Assembly: GCA_918797485.1 (NCBI GenBank)
Contig: CAKKNE010000002.1
Span: 1,364,001 to 1,428,000 of the forward strand
Direction: 5' to 3'
DNA: 64,000 bases
Source: Pelagomonas calceolata
Taxonomy: Eukaryota
Shown: piece after piece, positions 41,901 to 51,442 of the stretch
Layout of the letters: each line of letters starts with the position of its first letter
Position numbering within the stretch: position 1 is the stretch's first letter
Notes under the pieces: generated by a model
Database searches by the model: none
What the model was told of the DNA's origin: nothing
What the model saw: only the letters and a program-made list of their open reading frames with translations
Made by a program: the position numbers and the translations under genes

Positions 41901-43254
41901 GACGGCCGCGGCGATCGCCTCCGCCAAGCTCGCCAAACAAACCCACGACGAGAAAATCAAAATGTTGGATTTGGAATTAAGACGCCAGGCGACGGCGCGC
42001 GTCGCCGCGCGCGCGGAGGTGGCCGCTGTTAGAGCGGAGCGCGACGCCGCGTTGAAAGCCTTGCAGGCAGAACGGGATCTAAGGCAAGCACCTACTGACC
42101 CCGGCCTCAAGACGAAAGCGCGGGACGCCGCAAACGCCCAGCGCGACGCGCGGGCCATCGTCGACGCTTGTGCGCAAGATTGTCGAGATGCTGCTGCCAG
42201 AGCCTCGATGTCGCAGTCGGCGAAGAGTGCATTGGACGCCGAGGCCGGCCGCTCGGCCGTCGCCGCGACGGAGGCCGCGCGGCGGTGTACTGATATAGAA
42301 AAGAAGGCGAATCGGGCCGCCGCGCGCTTCGCCGAGGCGAGCGGCCGCCAATCGCGAGACACCTTCTCCGAGGACGGCGCCGTGATGACGCCGCTGGCGA
42401 CGGACGATCGGCGTGCTCTAGATGTGGCGCGCGACGCGTCGCGCTTAGCCAAGGAGGCCTTGCAAGCAGCGCGTGCGACGAAGGAGTGCCGGGCACTAAG
42501 AGCTAGAGCGGCAAGGCGGTTGGCCGACGACGCGAGGCAGCTCCAGGCCGAGGAGCCGCCGCCCGTCCCGTTTGATCTGGGCATGCAGCAGCCCATCGCG
42601 TCGGATTCTGACGGCGAGTTCCCCGAGGAGGCCGCCTCGCCGGGCATGCGCAAAGCCCGGAAGCGCATCGGGCGCCAGAAGGAGGAGATCCACGCCTTGC
42701 GACGGTTGGTCTGCGGCGGCTGGATGGCCCAGTGGCGCATGCTCTGCGAACTGGGCGAGGACCCCGTGCCGGCCGTGGACGACGACCCGTCGACACCCTC
42801 ACGCGAGAGCTTGGAGGACGACGAGGACTACGAGTTGGAGTTTAGTGGAGGCGCGCGCGTCGACCCGGCGGCGTTGGCGGGGCGCTTCGCCGCGGACATC
42901 TCGGCGCTCGACGCGGCGACGGCGCAGCTCGCCGGCGGCGCGGCCCCCGACGCGGAGGCGGCGCCGTACGCGTCGGCTTTGGCCGAGACGCTACTCCAGA
43001 TGGAGCGCGCGTCGGGGTGTCTGCGGGCGCTCGCGGCCATCGAGGTGGCGCCCTGGACGCCGGCGCAGCTCCGGGAGCAGCTCGACGCGGCCTACGGCCG
43101 CCTCGAGGACATGAGCAGCCGGCGCGGATCCATCACGCGGCGCGCGACGCCGACGCGGCGGCCGGCGAACGGCACGAACTCCACGTCGTGGGTGAGCGTC
43201 TGGAACTGCGGCGCGTTTGGGCACCGCGACGAACTCGCGGCGGACGAGGCTTGA
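38923..43254 (+). CDS. Myosin heavy chain with IQ-like region and coiled-coil tail
   Basis: GESGAGKTE P-loop, NDNSSRFGK, LLDIFGFE, HFIRCLKPN, QLRYCGVLE, GKTKVFLR. Confidence 0.97.
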   Translation: MAQPGERVWIRHSTEVWEPAVVDAVDGLRVQVHAVGGARELTFKDAATLEDGVKRRNEGDIATVDDLVRLPFLHEPAILHVLRSRARAGLIYTNVGAILLAVNPFKRLPELYGNNAVETQRSAGALRAADPESAQPPPPHCFAVADQAYRQMRSALTGRKPADQAILISGESGAGKTETTKFVMRYLAGLSLQGGSLQGLEARVLQTNPVLEGFGNARTLRNDNSSRFGKWISLDFDERGRLARAGLRTYLLEKVRLVRQTEGERGFHVFYEALASRKLKNWPSSERESVCVSGSSRGVDGRDDGVLDADSFEERVRALTTLGLDQDGINKAFATLSAVLHLGAVRFVKEHKGATQDSGSSVDPSSRHRLNQASEALKVEPTALELALCRRNVTTAGESLELHLPPDAAARSRDALLKAIYGALFDDLVRSCNRALQADVPTSASIGLLDIFGFEVFATNSFEQLLINYTNERLQAHFNNFVFENEQRLYASEGLEWDAVDFPDNTEVLALIEGSKKSLTPSKTRQTLPSVQQQAAIGLLATIDDECLLVAGRADAETSDAVTDDLDERSARILGERLKKTFINEARYACDAKQERGALFSVHHYAGPVEYSVRGFVAKNMDTLAPDASKLLATSSFANAFDTSSATSLSPERKWGSGRRVTGRRASSLATTTVAQRFRTSLGALLVEIRATCPHFIRCLKPNDANVPDVLEAPRLVEQLRYCGVLEAVRVARAGYPVRLPHAEFARRYRCAAPAGWVYKPPKLDDALDGAQKAALHAARALVLVLAPGAELRVEPATQGDRRRGVAVGKTKVFLRKDAFEALEALLARRTAEAAVRVQKAFRGREARRYLRSARKLAHFVQVRARLKLRRRRRAALSIAGAVRVVGATRKFRASRRIARAAQTAGRGAQARRKLGWLRDAKAARKLQRVARRGEARGSFHRLRSACITLQCLARIQQAKQAKRHEHQLRRDASLVLVDLRKAEVRTDAVRAETAAAIASAKLAKQTHDEKIKMLDLELRRQATARVAARAEVAAVRAERDAALKALQAERDLRQAPTDPGLKTKARDAANAQRDARAIVDACAQDCRDAAARASMSQSAKSALDAEAGRSAVAATEAARRCTDIEKKANRAAARFAEASGRQSRDTFSEDGAVMTPLATDDRRALDVARDASRLAKEALQAARATKECRALRARAARRLADDARQLQAEEPPPVPFDLGMQQPIASDSDGEFPEEAASPGMRKARKRIGRQKEEIHALRRLVCGGWMAQWRMLCELGEDPVPAVDDDPSTPSRESLEDDEDYELEFSGGARVDPAALAGRFAADISALDAATAQLAGGAAPDAEAAPYASALAETLLQMERASGCLRALAAIEVAPWTPAQLREQLDAAYGRLEDMSSRRGSITRRATPTRRPANGTNSTSWVSVWNCGAFGHRDELAADEA

Positions 43255-43317
43255 CCACTCGGCGCGGCACGCGCCGAGCGGAAATATACTGATGAGTAAA
43301 CACACAGTTTTGGTTAA

Positions 43318-44232
43318 TTACACAGTGGCCGCCGCGGCGTCGACGCCGTCTACGCGGAGCGCTCGCGTCGCGCCGGCGAGCGCGTCGACTGGCTCGTCGG
43401 CGACGACGGCGTCGCGCGAGCTCTGGCGGACGTCTGCCTCGCCTGGCTTCGTCTCCTGGTTCGCGAGCCACCGGCCCGTGTTCTGCCACCCACCACCTGG
43501 TTGAATGACGCAGTACACTTGGGCGCCGAACCAGTTGTTGTCGGCGAGCCACACGTCCACGGGGCCCGCGACCGGCAGTGCGTCCAGGAACTTCCGCGCC
43601 GCGGCGCCGCGAATCGCGTAGCAGTGCGTGCAGAAGCCGTACGTCGGCCGGAAGACCTCCTCGCTGCCCGCAACGTACTCCCGCTCACCTCTGTCGGAAA
43701 ACCCGAGGTAGACGAGCTCGGCATCCTTCGGCACGTGGGTGCGCCAGAGGTACGCGGGCGAGCCCGGCGTCCACCGCTTGTCGAAGCGGCAGTCGTCCTC
43801 CGTGATCAACAACCAGCCCTCCGTTTCGACGGCTTTCCGCCACAAGGCGACGTGTGATAAAGCGCACCCGCGCTCGCCGGCCGTCGCGCGCCGCAGGCCC
43901 GGCGCGACGTGTCGGTCCCACTCGGCGTTCCTCGTCGCGTCCCAGAGCGGGTCGAAGTCGTCGCCGTTCCCGACCGCTGCGCCGTCTACTGCTTCGAATC
44001 GCGTCCAGCGCAAACCCGTGCGTCTCGCCGACGCCTCGTACTTGCGGAGCCGGTCGCTGCGCCTTGCTAGATTGATGCAATAGCACTCGTCGAAGAAGTC
44101 GCTATACGCATTGTTGCTGCTGCTGCTGGCAGTGTTTGGGCCTTGCGCAGTGTTCTTGCCCGGTGCAGTGCTTTGTGCGGTGCTCTGCCGCTGTGCGGCA
44201 GCGCGTCTGTGCGGAGGTATGTACGCGGCCAT
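43318..44232 (-). CDS. Glycosyltransferase family 25 protein
   Basis: YCINLARRSDR, RFEAVDG, GERGCALSH, LITEDD, THCYAI, PVD. Confidence 0.88.
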   Translation of the reverse strand: MAAYIPPHRRAAAQRQSTAQSTAPGKNTAQGPNTASSSSNNAYSDFFDECYCINLARRSDRLRKYEASARRTGLRWTRFEAVDGAAVGNGDDFDPLWDATRNAEWDRHVAPGLRRATAGERGCALSHVALWRKAVETEGWLLITEDDCRFDKRWTPGSPAYLWRTHVPKDAELVYLGFSDRGEREYVAGSEEVFRPTYGFCTHCYAIRGAAARKFLDALPVAGPVDVWLADNNWFGAQVYCVIQPGGGWQNTGRWLANQETKPGEADVRQSSRDAVVADEPVDALAGATRALRVDGVDAAAATV

Positions 44233-44557
44233 CGTTGCAGCAATGGCGCCACAGCTGATAAACGCAGCGCGCGGGTCGGGTGCGCAGGAGTGATCCTAGT
44301 GTGTCTACTATGGCAAATCTGCCTTCATAGCTTCTATAGTAGCGTAGTGCGTCAGAGACGGGGCCTCCAGGGTTCGGAGACGTGATCTTTCGGATCGCCT
44401 CTGGTGACACACGGAGAGGCCGAAGGTCGGTGCGCTCGCTCATTTCGTTCGTCGCGGCCGCTGTGCACATCCGCGCGCTGCGAAGCCCCCAGAAGCAAGT
44501 TATCAACAGTCGCAGCCCCACAGCCATCATCACCAACTCCTTTCGTCGTCTTCCATC

Positions 44558-47356
44558 ATGAACGGAAGTCCCATGCAAGAACCTCGGTTGGTGCCACTCC
44601 GCGATCATCTCGCTAACACCCGCTGTGTGCCTGTGACCCAAGACGGCGCCGGCGCTGATGCCAAAGTTCCGGGGGACTTCTTAGACAAGCGCGCTGCGGA
44701 CGCAGCCGATCGCGGGCGGTCGCGGACCACGGACGACCCGGAGCTCGAAGCTACGCAGCTGGAAGACACTCAGCTGGAAGACAAAGAACCCACCGCGCCC
44801 CTACCTGCGCGAGTCGCCGTGGCGACAATGGCAGGAAACCTAGACGAACCCCGCAGTCGCTTCTTGACTTTACAAACGGGCCTAAAAGAACTGGGAATCC
44901 CGCTTCCGCCGCCCGCTGCGCCACCCGCTGCGCCACCCGCGGAACCCATTGCTTCGCCGCCGCCGACGGCGGAGTTACATGCGCGGTCCGTCGTCACAGC
45001 CGATGACGAGCAGCTTCAGAGGCTCGCTAGGTTGACTGAGGGAGGTGATTTACCAAAACTACATGAGCACAACAACGGGGGCGGCCAGGAAAGATTTGCC
45101 GGCAGTCGCCTGTGGCTGGATGATCATCGTCTTGAGTTGGTACGTGACAAGAAGAACCAGTCCGCGCACTACCAAGAAACTATGCAATGGATGAAAGAGG
45201 TGATAATGTGCTTTAGCAAACTCGGGTACTACTTTGATATCGGACTTACCGCAGACCCCCATGCCCGACTTAAAGGAAAGGACTATGGGAATCGCACTCG
45301 CGTTGACCAGAAAATGTACGGACTCGTCAAAACGGACGGCCCGGAACTTGCAAGGCAATTAGAAAAAATTTTGCAGGCATTTGCCGAGGAGCATAGCCTC
45401 AAGGGCTTCGCGAATCATCTCAAGGCAGCTGGGACAGGAAGATCGAAGGAGGGGCCGCAAACAATTTACCTGGATTACTGGAGTAAAGAACGGGACCCCC
45501 CGGAGTCTCAATACGACTCAGAGCCTTCCGATACTGACTCTGACGGCGAGGAGGAGGAGGAAGCTGTTGTACCTTCTTCTGAAAAAAAGCGAGCTAGAGC
45601 GGCGCCGGAACGTCCGCAAAGGCCAAAGCGAAAGTGTTGTCGCATTACACAAGATAAGGAGAGCGGCGACGACGAGATGAATGAATCCGAGCCAGGGCCT
45701 GAACCAGAGTCGGCGCTGACCGCTGCCCGGACGCCGCTGCCCGCTGCGCTGCAGCCGCCGGCGCCGCCCCCCGCGCCGCCGACGCCGCCGGCGCCGGCGC
45801 CGCGCCAGCGCGCCGCCGCTGGCGCCCTGCTTGACACGCCGGCGCGGCTAGGTTTCTTCGGGTTAGCCGACGGCGGAACTGAAGTCATTGACTGTGTCCA
45901 GCTGAATACCCAACGGCGCTCCGCATCGACGCCGGCCGCGCCCGCGCAACCGCCGCCGCCCGGCAGCCGCGTCGCCGTGCGGTTCAAGGACGGCATTGAA
46001 CACGCGGGCACGGTCGAGAAGGTGGAAGACGCGAACCATGCGTTCGTGCGGTACGACGACGGCCAGAGCGAGACCGTGCGCTTCCCGGACCCCGACGTGC
46101 GCGTCACGGGCTTCGGGCCCGAGGCGCCGGCGGCCAAGCCGGCCGCCAAGCCGCGCGCCAAGCCGCCCCGCGCGGCGCGCACCGCGCCGCCGACCGCGCC
46201 GCCGCCCGGCACGCGCGTCGCCGTGCGCTTCGACGACGAGGATTACGAGGGCACCGTCGACGACGTGCTGGACGCGCACCGCGCCACGGTGAAGTTCGAC
46301 GACGGTTCCGAGCATCCCATAAACTTCACGGAGCCCGGCATCCGCATCACGCGCGAGGCGCCCGCGGCGGCGCCGCCGGCCGCGAAGCCGGCGGCGAAGG
46401 CGAAGCCGGCAGCGAAGGCGAAGCCGCGCGCCGCGCCGGCCGCGAAGAAACCGCAGTCGAAGCCAGCGCCGCGGCCGCCCCGCGCCGCGCCGACGCCGGC
46501 CGCGCCCGCACAGCCGGCCGCGAAGAAACCGCGCACGGCGCCGCCGCCCGAGCCGGCGCCGGCGCCGCGCGCGCGGCCGCCCCGCGCCGCGCGCGGCGGG
46601 CCCGACGCGCGCGTCGGCCGCTGGGTCGAGGTCTGGTGGCCCGAGCAGAGCAAGTGGTACCTCGGCCACGTCGGCGAGGCGCGGTACTCGGACGCCGCTG
46701 CCGGCGTCGTGTTCCGCGTGGAGTACACCGACGGCGAGACGGAGGATGAAGTATTGCAGGAGGACGCCTTCGCGGGCGCCGGCGCGCCGCCGTCGCAGCC
46801 GGAAGGCGCTCCCAAGCGGTGGAGATTCTTCGACGGGCCTCCGCCGGCGGAGCATTACGTGCACAAGAAATGGACTCCCCAGGAGGAGAACGATCTGCGC
46901 AAGCTCGTCGCGGAGCTCGGCGAGGAGCAGTGGGCCGCCGTCTCGGAGCGCCTGGGCACGCGGAGCGAGAAAAGCGTGGAGACACACTGGAAGGTCTTGA
47001 CGGGCCAGCGCACGGCGAGCGGCTATGGCAAGCCGCACGCGCAGCCGCTCAAGGCGGCGCCGGCCATCGACGCGCGCGTCGGCCGCTGGGTCAAGATCTG
47101 GTGGCCCGAACAGAGCCGGTGGTACCTCGGCCGCATCGTCGGCCAGCGGATGCAGTCGGGGCGCCACGAGACCAAGGTCGCCTACGCCGACGGCGAGACG
47201 ATGTACGAGGCGCTCCGCGACGAGCCGTTCGACGGCGACGGAGAGCCACCCGCGGTCGTCGACGGCGAGCCCGAGCACTGGTGGTGGGCGCCCGTGCCGC
47301 CGGTGCGGAAAGTGGCGATCGATGCTCCTGCTAGCCCACGACAAGCGGGCAATTAA
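44558..47356 (+). CDS. Multidomain protein: GIY-YIG-like region, four Tudor/SH3-like barrels and a Myb/SANT domain (start uncertain)
   Basis: YYFDIGLTADPHARL...ARQLEKILQ; GSRVAVRF..GTV..VRYDDG (x2); VGRWVxxWWPEQSxWYLG (x2); KKWTPQEENDLRKLV..QWAAVSERLGTRSEKSVETHW. Confidence 0.7.
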   Translation: MNGSPMQEPRLVPLRDHLANTRCVPVTQDGAGADAKVPGDFLDKRAADAADRGRSRTTDDPELEATQLEDTQLEDKEPTAPLPARVAVATMAGNLDEPRSRFLTLQTGLKELGIPLPPPAAPPAAPPAEPIASPPPTAELHARSVVTADDEQLQRLARLTEGGDLPKLHEHNNGGGQERFAGSRLWLDDHRLELVRDKKNQSAHYQETMQWMKEVIMCFSKLGYYFDIGLTADPHARLKGKDYGNRTRVDQKMYGLVKTDGPELARQLEKILQAFAEEHSLKGFANHLKAAGTGRSKEGPQTIYLDYWSKERDPPESQYDSEPSDTDSDGEEEEEAVVPSSEKKRARAAPERPQRPKRKCCRITQDKESGDDEMNESEPGPEPESALTAARTPLPAALQPPAPPPAPPTPPAPAPRQRAAAGALLDTPARLGFFGLADGGTEVIDCVQLNTQRRSASTPAAPAQPPPPGSRVAVRFKDGIEHAGTVEKVEDANHAFVRYDDGQSETVRFPDPDVRVTGFGPEAPAAKPAAKPRAKPPRAARTAPPTAPPPGTRVAVRFDDEDYEGTVDDVLDAHRATVKFDDGSEHPINFTEPGIRITREAPAAAPPAAKPAAKAKPAAKAKPRAAPAAKKPQSKPAPRPPRAAPTPAAPAQPAAKKPRTAPPPEPAPAPRARPPRAARGGPDARVGRWVEVWWPEQSKWYLGHVGEARYSDAAAGVVFRVEYTDGETEDEVLQEDAFAGAGAPPSQPEGAPKRWRFFDGPPPAEHYVHKKWTPQEENDLRKLVAELGEEQWAAVSERLGTRSEKSVETHWKVLTGQRTASGYGKPHAQPLKAAPAIDARVGRWVKIWWPEQSRWYLGRIVGQRMQSGRHETKVAYADGETMYEALRDEPFDGDGEPPAVVDGEPEHWWWAPVPPVRKVAIDAPASPRQAGN

Positions 47357-47548
47357 CTTCCCCGGCGACGAGGAGGCGACGCGCGCTTATTTCAGATTTC
47401 AAAACGCTACACCCTAGTCCTAGTACCCCCGTTTAATCATCCACTCAATACATTCTTCTTCCCAAGTCCTTGAGCGCTCTTGACGTTAGTCCTAGCACCA
47501 TAATAACAACTTGAACACGACCAAGAAAAACACTACTTAAACCATCCC

Positions 47549-49780
47549 TTAGTCCGCACAAGTATAGAACCGCAAAAATCCATCGAAGCCCGCCGTCGCG
47601 AGCTGCGGGTGCAGCGGCGAAAACGCCACGCAGGCGACGGTCTCTCTAGCGCCGCGGCACTTCCAGACGGCGTCCTCGGCGGCACCAGCGCGGCGCACGT
47701 CGTAGACGTAGGCCGCCTTGTCCTCGGAGCCCGTCGCCAGGTAGCGCATGCACGGCGAGAACGCGATGGTGGTAGGGTCGCGCCGGCAAGCGTGCGCCGA
47801 GAACCGCGCGACGGCGTTTTGCGAGCGCAGGTCCCAGAGCGCGACGACGCCGTCGACGGCCGCCGACGCGAAGACGTCGTTCTCTGATGACCGCGGCGCC
47901 GCGAGCGCGTGCGGCGGCCTCGCGTGCGCATCCACAATCTCGCGCGCGCAGCGGCCCGCGGCCGCGTCGAGGACCCGCACGGCCCTGTCCGAGGCCGCCG
48001 CGACGATGAGCGGCGAGTAGCGGTCGTTGAGGCACGCCACGCATTCGACGCGCTGGGCGTCACTCGAAAAGCGGTGGACGCGCTTCGCCCGGCAGCGGTC
48101 CGGGTTCGAATCCAGCGCGACCGCGTCGAGCACCACGTTACCGCCGTCCGGCCCCACGACGAAGCGGTCCAGGTAGTAGAACCGGAAGCCCGAGGCGCCG
48201 CTCGGTAGGCGGCAGGCCGGCGCGTCGACGTGGCGCGTCGTCGCACCGGGCGCGGGGAAGATCTGCGGGGCCACCGTGCCGCCCGAGGCGATGATGTATC
48301 CACCACACCTAGATATGTCCACATGCGTGGCATCGTCGACACCCAACGCACAGCGCGCGAGGTCCGTGTTTTTGTATTTCGCCACGGGCGTGCGAACCAC
48401 AACGGGAGGGCCGCCGACCGTCGCGACGGCTATTGATCTCGCATCAGGAGCGAAGACCGCGTGGACGACGGACCGCTTATCCGTATCCACGGGCCCGTCG
48501 TGCTGCGGCTGGTGGACGTGCGGCGGTCCAGAAAGCACCGCGGCCTCGCGGCGCGGCGGCGGCGGCGGCGCGCGCGCCTGCTTCTTTTGGGCTTTGCCGG
48601 GCCCGTAGCCCGACGACTTGATGCGCGAGTGGAAGGTGATGGGCTTATCCACCAAAGCGCCCTTCTTCGGCCGCGGCGCCTTCTTCTGGTTGTCGTAGGC
48701 CGCCAACACCTTCTTCTCGGCCTTGCGCAGCGCGAGGTCCTTGCGCAGGGGCGAGGCGTCGGGGACGGCGTGCGTCGCGAAGAACGAGAGGGGCCCCGCT
48801 TCCACATTTGATGGACCGGCGGCGAGGACGCCCGCGACGACCGTCGCCTCGAAGGCGAGCGCGCGACAGCACCGCGCGCCGGCGACGCTCGCGGCCGCGG
48901 CGGCGTCGAGGCCGCGCGTCGCCGCGACCTCCCGCGACACGAGGTCGACGGCGAGCGTCATCGACGACGCGGCCACGTGCAGCGTCGCGCCGTCGAAGCC
49001 GAGCGCGAGCGGGTAGACGGCGTCGTCGTCCTTGGCCTCCTCCGAGGACCGTTTCGAGGAACCGAGGTCCACGGCGACGTCCTCGCGGCAGCCGCCGTCG
49101 CGCGTGCGCCAGACCCAGGCGCGCCCGTCCGCCGCCGCAACGGCGACGCGGCCGTCCTCGGCGAAGGCCAGACACGTCAGCGCCGGCGCGCAGAGCACGC
49201 TCGACTCGACGGCGCAGCACCGCCCCTCGAGGTCCCAGACCCGAAAGGACCGGTCCTCGCTGCAAGTCGCCACGAAGGGCCCGCCGCCCTCCCTGAACGC
49301 GCAGCCCGTGATGCGTCCTCGATGGCCCTCAAAGCTCACTATTTTTCGCCCATCTAAAGTATTCGCGACCTCGAGCACCTTCCCGACGCCCGCGGCGACG
49401 GCCGCGCCGCTCGCGTCGCAGGCGCAGCAGCCCGGCGCCTCGCCGCATTTGATGGCGAGGCGCCGCGCCCGGCCGTCGACGATCGCGAAGAGGCCGTCGT
49501 CGCCGCCGCCGACGGCGACCGTCGCGCAGTTTTCGGGAGGCAGCGCCAGCGCCGTCACGGTTCGCGACTCCGGCGCGACGTAGGACGTCGTCTCGTCGTC
49601 GGCCCGCCAGACGACCACCTCGGGCCTCGACCGCGGCAGGCTGAAGGCCGCGGAGCAGTGGTCGTCGTTGCAGGCGACGGCGGTCACGCGGCAGCCCGGG
49701 GCGACGAATTCATGTGGGGTAGGCAGCGCACGCATGGTTTTGGAGGCGTCCGGGCGGGCAGCGTCCGAACTCGAGGCCAT
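47549..49780 (-). CDS. WD40-repeat protein, WDR27-like
   Basis: FEGHRGRIT..TCSEDRSFRVWD, DKPITFHSRIKSSGYG, FSPCMRYLATGSEDK, VAFSPLHPQLAT. Confidence 0.85.
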   Translation of the reverse strand: MASSSDAARPDASKTMRALPTPHEFVAPGCRVTAVACNDDHCSAAFSLPRSRPEVVVWRADDETTSYVAPESRTVTALALPPENCATVAVGGGDDGLFAIVDGRARRLAIKCGEAPGCCACDASGAAVAAGVGKVLEVANTLDGRKIVSFEGHRGRITGCAFREGGGPFVATCSEDRSFRVWDLEGRCCAVESSVLCAPALTCLAFAEDGRVAVAAADGRAWVWRTRDGGCREDVAVDLGSSKRSSEEAKDDDAVYPLALGFDGATLHVAASSMTLAVDLVSREVAATRGLDAAAAASVAGARCCRALAFEATVVAGVLAAGPSNVEAGPLSFFATHAVPDASPLRKDLALRKAEKKVLAAYDNQKKAPRPKKGALVDKPITFHSRIKSSGYGPGKAQKKQARAPPPPPRREAAVLSGPPHVHQPQHDGPVDTDKRSVVHAVFAPDARSIAVATVGGPPVVVRTPVAKYKNTDLARCALGVDDATHVDISRCGGYIIASGGTVAPQIFPAPGATTRHVDAPACRLPSGASGFRFYYLDRFVVGPDGGNVVLDAVALDSNPDRCRAKRVHRFSSDAQRVECVACLNDRYSPLIVAAASDRAVRVLDAAAGRCAREIVDAHARPPHALAAPRSSENDVFASAAVDGVVALWDLRSQNAVARFSAHACRRDPTTIAFSPCMRYLATGSEDKAAYVYDVRRAGAAEDAVWKCRGARETVACVAFSPLHPQLATAGFDGFLRFYTCAD

Positions 49781-50112
49781 CCGCGGCGGGCAGCGTCCAA
49801 AATCCAGGATGAGCGCGCGGGTTTCCTGGGCAGCCCCTCCCAGCGCCAGGCAGAACTATGCGGGCCACTCCTAAGTATAAGCTCGTCGCAATTCAAACGG
49901 TAAACCCGTGCTTCCATCGAGCGAGAAGCGAGGAACGCTCTCGCATAGCAGCGGCCTCTGGTGCGCGGCGCGGGCAGTGCGAGCGCGCGCGCAGCAGCAT
50001 CAGCTCGTGCAGCGCGTAACACGACCGCGCCGCGGCAGCGCGTGCCGCGCGCGCGCCATCGCCGACGAGCGCGAAGCTTCATAGCCCCACATTGACTGCG
50101 GGCGCAGCGCGC

Positions 50113-50760
50113 TCACGACCGGAGCAGCCCCATGGCCGCCGCGACCATTTGCGACGGCGCGCGCGCCATGTACGACGCACTTCCGGCCGAGGTGAGACCG
50201 AGCGAGGGTGTCTTTTTCAACGCGCGGGGCATCGCGCGGCCCTGGTTCCGTGCAACTAGATGCTCTGCAGCCTCCGCGGCGAGCTCGCGCAGCTGCGCCG
50301 CACTTAAAGTCTTGGCCTCGCGCATGTAGCGGTAGGCTGGGGGCAGCTCCCTCTGAGCTCCGTGAGCGCAGCGGCAGCCGTAGCGCGCCACTCGTCTACG
50401 GCAGCCGGCGTCGACATCTCCGCGTGGTAGCACACTAACCGACCCGCTGCTCTGCAGACGTCGCAAAGGTCGTCAACTACCTTGGGCGTCGTCATCTGCC
50501 TGTTGGTCTGCGCGCAACAATAACACGGCCGCGCGTTCTCCGACGTCCCAGTCGCGAAGCCCTTCTTCGACACCGTCTGGAGGTTGGCCATGTCGCCCGA
50601 GCAGACGTAATCAACGTGAACGGCGCGGCCCTCTGCCTCTGACTGGTAGGTACTGAAGTGATCCGTGCGTCGTCTAAAGCTTCGTACAGGGGGCGGCTCT
50701 GCGGCGGTACGCGGCCATGGACAAGACGTGGGCCAAATTTAACAAAGACTTCACGACCGG
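50113..50760 (-). pseudogene. Frameshifted fragment, possibly of a DDE transposase
   Basis: VDYVCSGDMANLQ...G...PCYCC, with protein-like flanks in other reading frames. Confidence 0.35.
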
Positions 50761-51442
50761 CCCCATGGCCGCCGCGACCATTTGCGACGGCGCGCGCGCC
50801 AAGACGCGGGCTACATGGGGTGCGTGCTGCGGGCACGGGCCGCGCCGACGACGCCACAGCCGTCGAGGCCCACGCCGCGCCGCGCCGTGATCACGCCGCC
50901 GCCGCCTTTCCCGTCGCTGCCGCCCGCCGCCGTGTCGGCCGCGGACTCGGACGAGGCGTGGCTCGCGAAGACCAAGGGCGCGGCCACTTCGCATGACATT
51001 TCCGCGCTCGAGGCGCTGCGCGACCGGCAGCTCGTGGCGCGCGACGAGGCATTCGAGCTGATCGTCCGGGCCTTCCGCGAGACGAGGAGCATGTCAGGGT
51101 TCGTGGCGCGCGCGATTAAGCTCGTCGACGGCCTCGCGCGCACGAGGCGCGAGACCGTCGAGAAGTCACAAATTGCCGCCACCACGCCGTCGCCGACGCG
51201 GCTAGCGAAATTTGTGATCTCGCCCTCGACGATGGGTGTCTTCATCCACTACCGGTGCCCGCGCCTCTTGCTGCGTCTCGCGAAGCGCAACGTGGGCCTC
51301 GACTATCGAGTCCGGGCGACGGAGGCGTCCCGCGGCTCGACGGCGACGAAGGCCTTCGACAGCGGCTCCGCGTCAGTATAACACTTATGCAACTAGTCTA
51401 GTGGTGGCGCTTTTTGCTCCGGCTCTTCGGCGCCTTCGCGAG

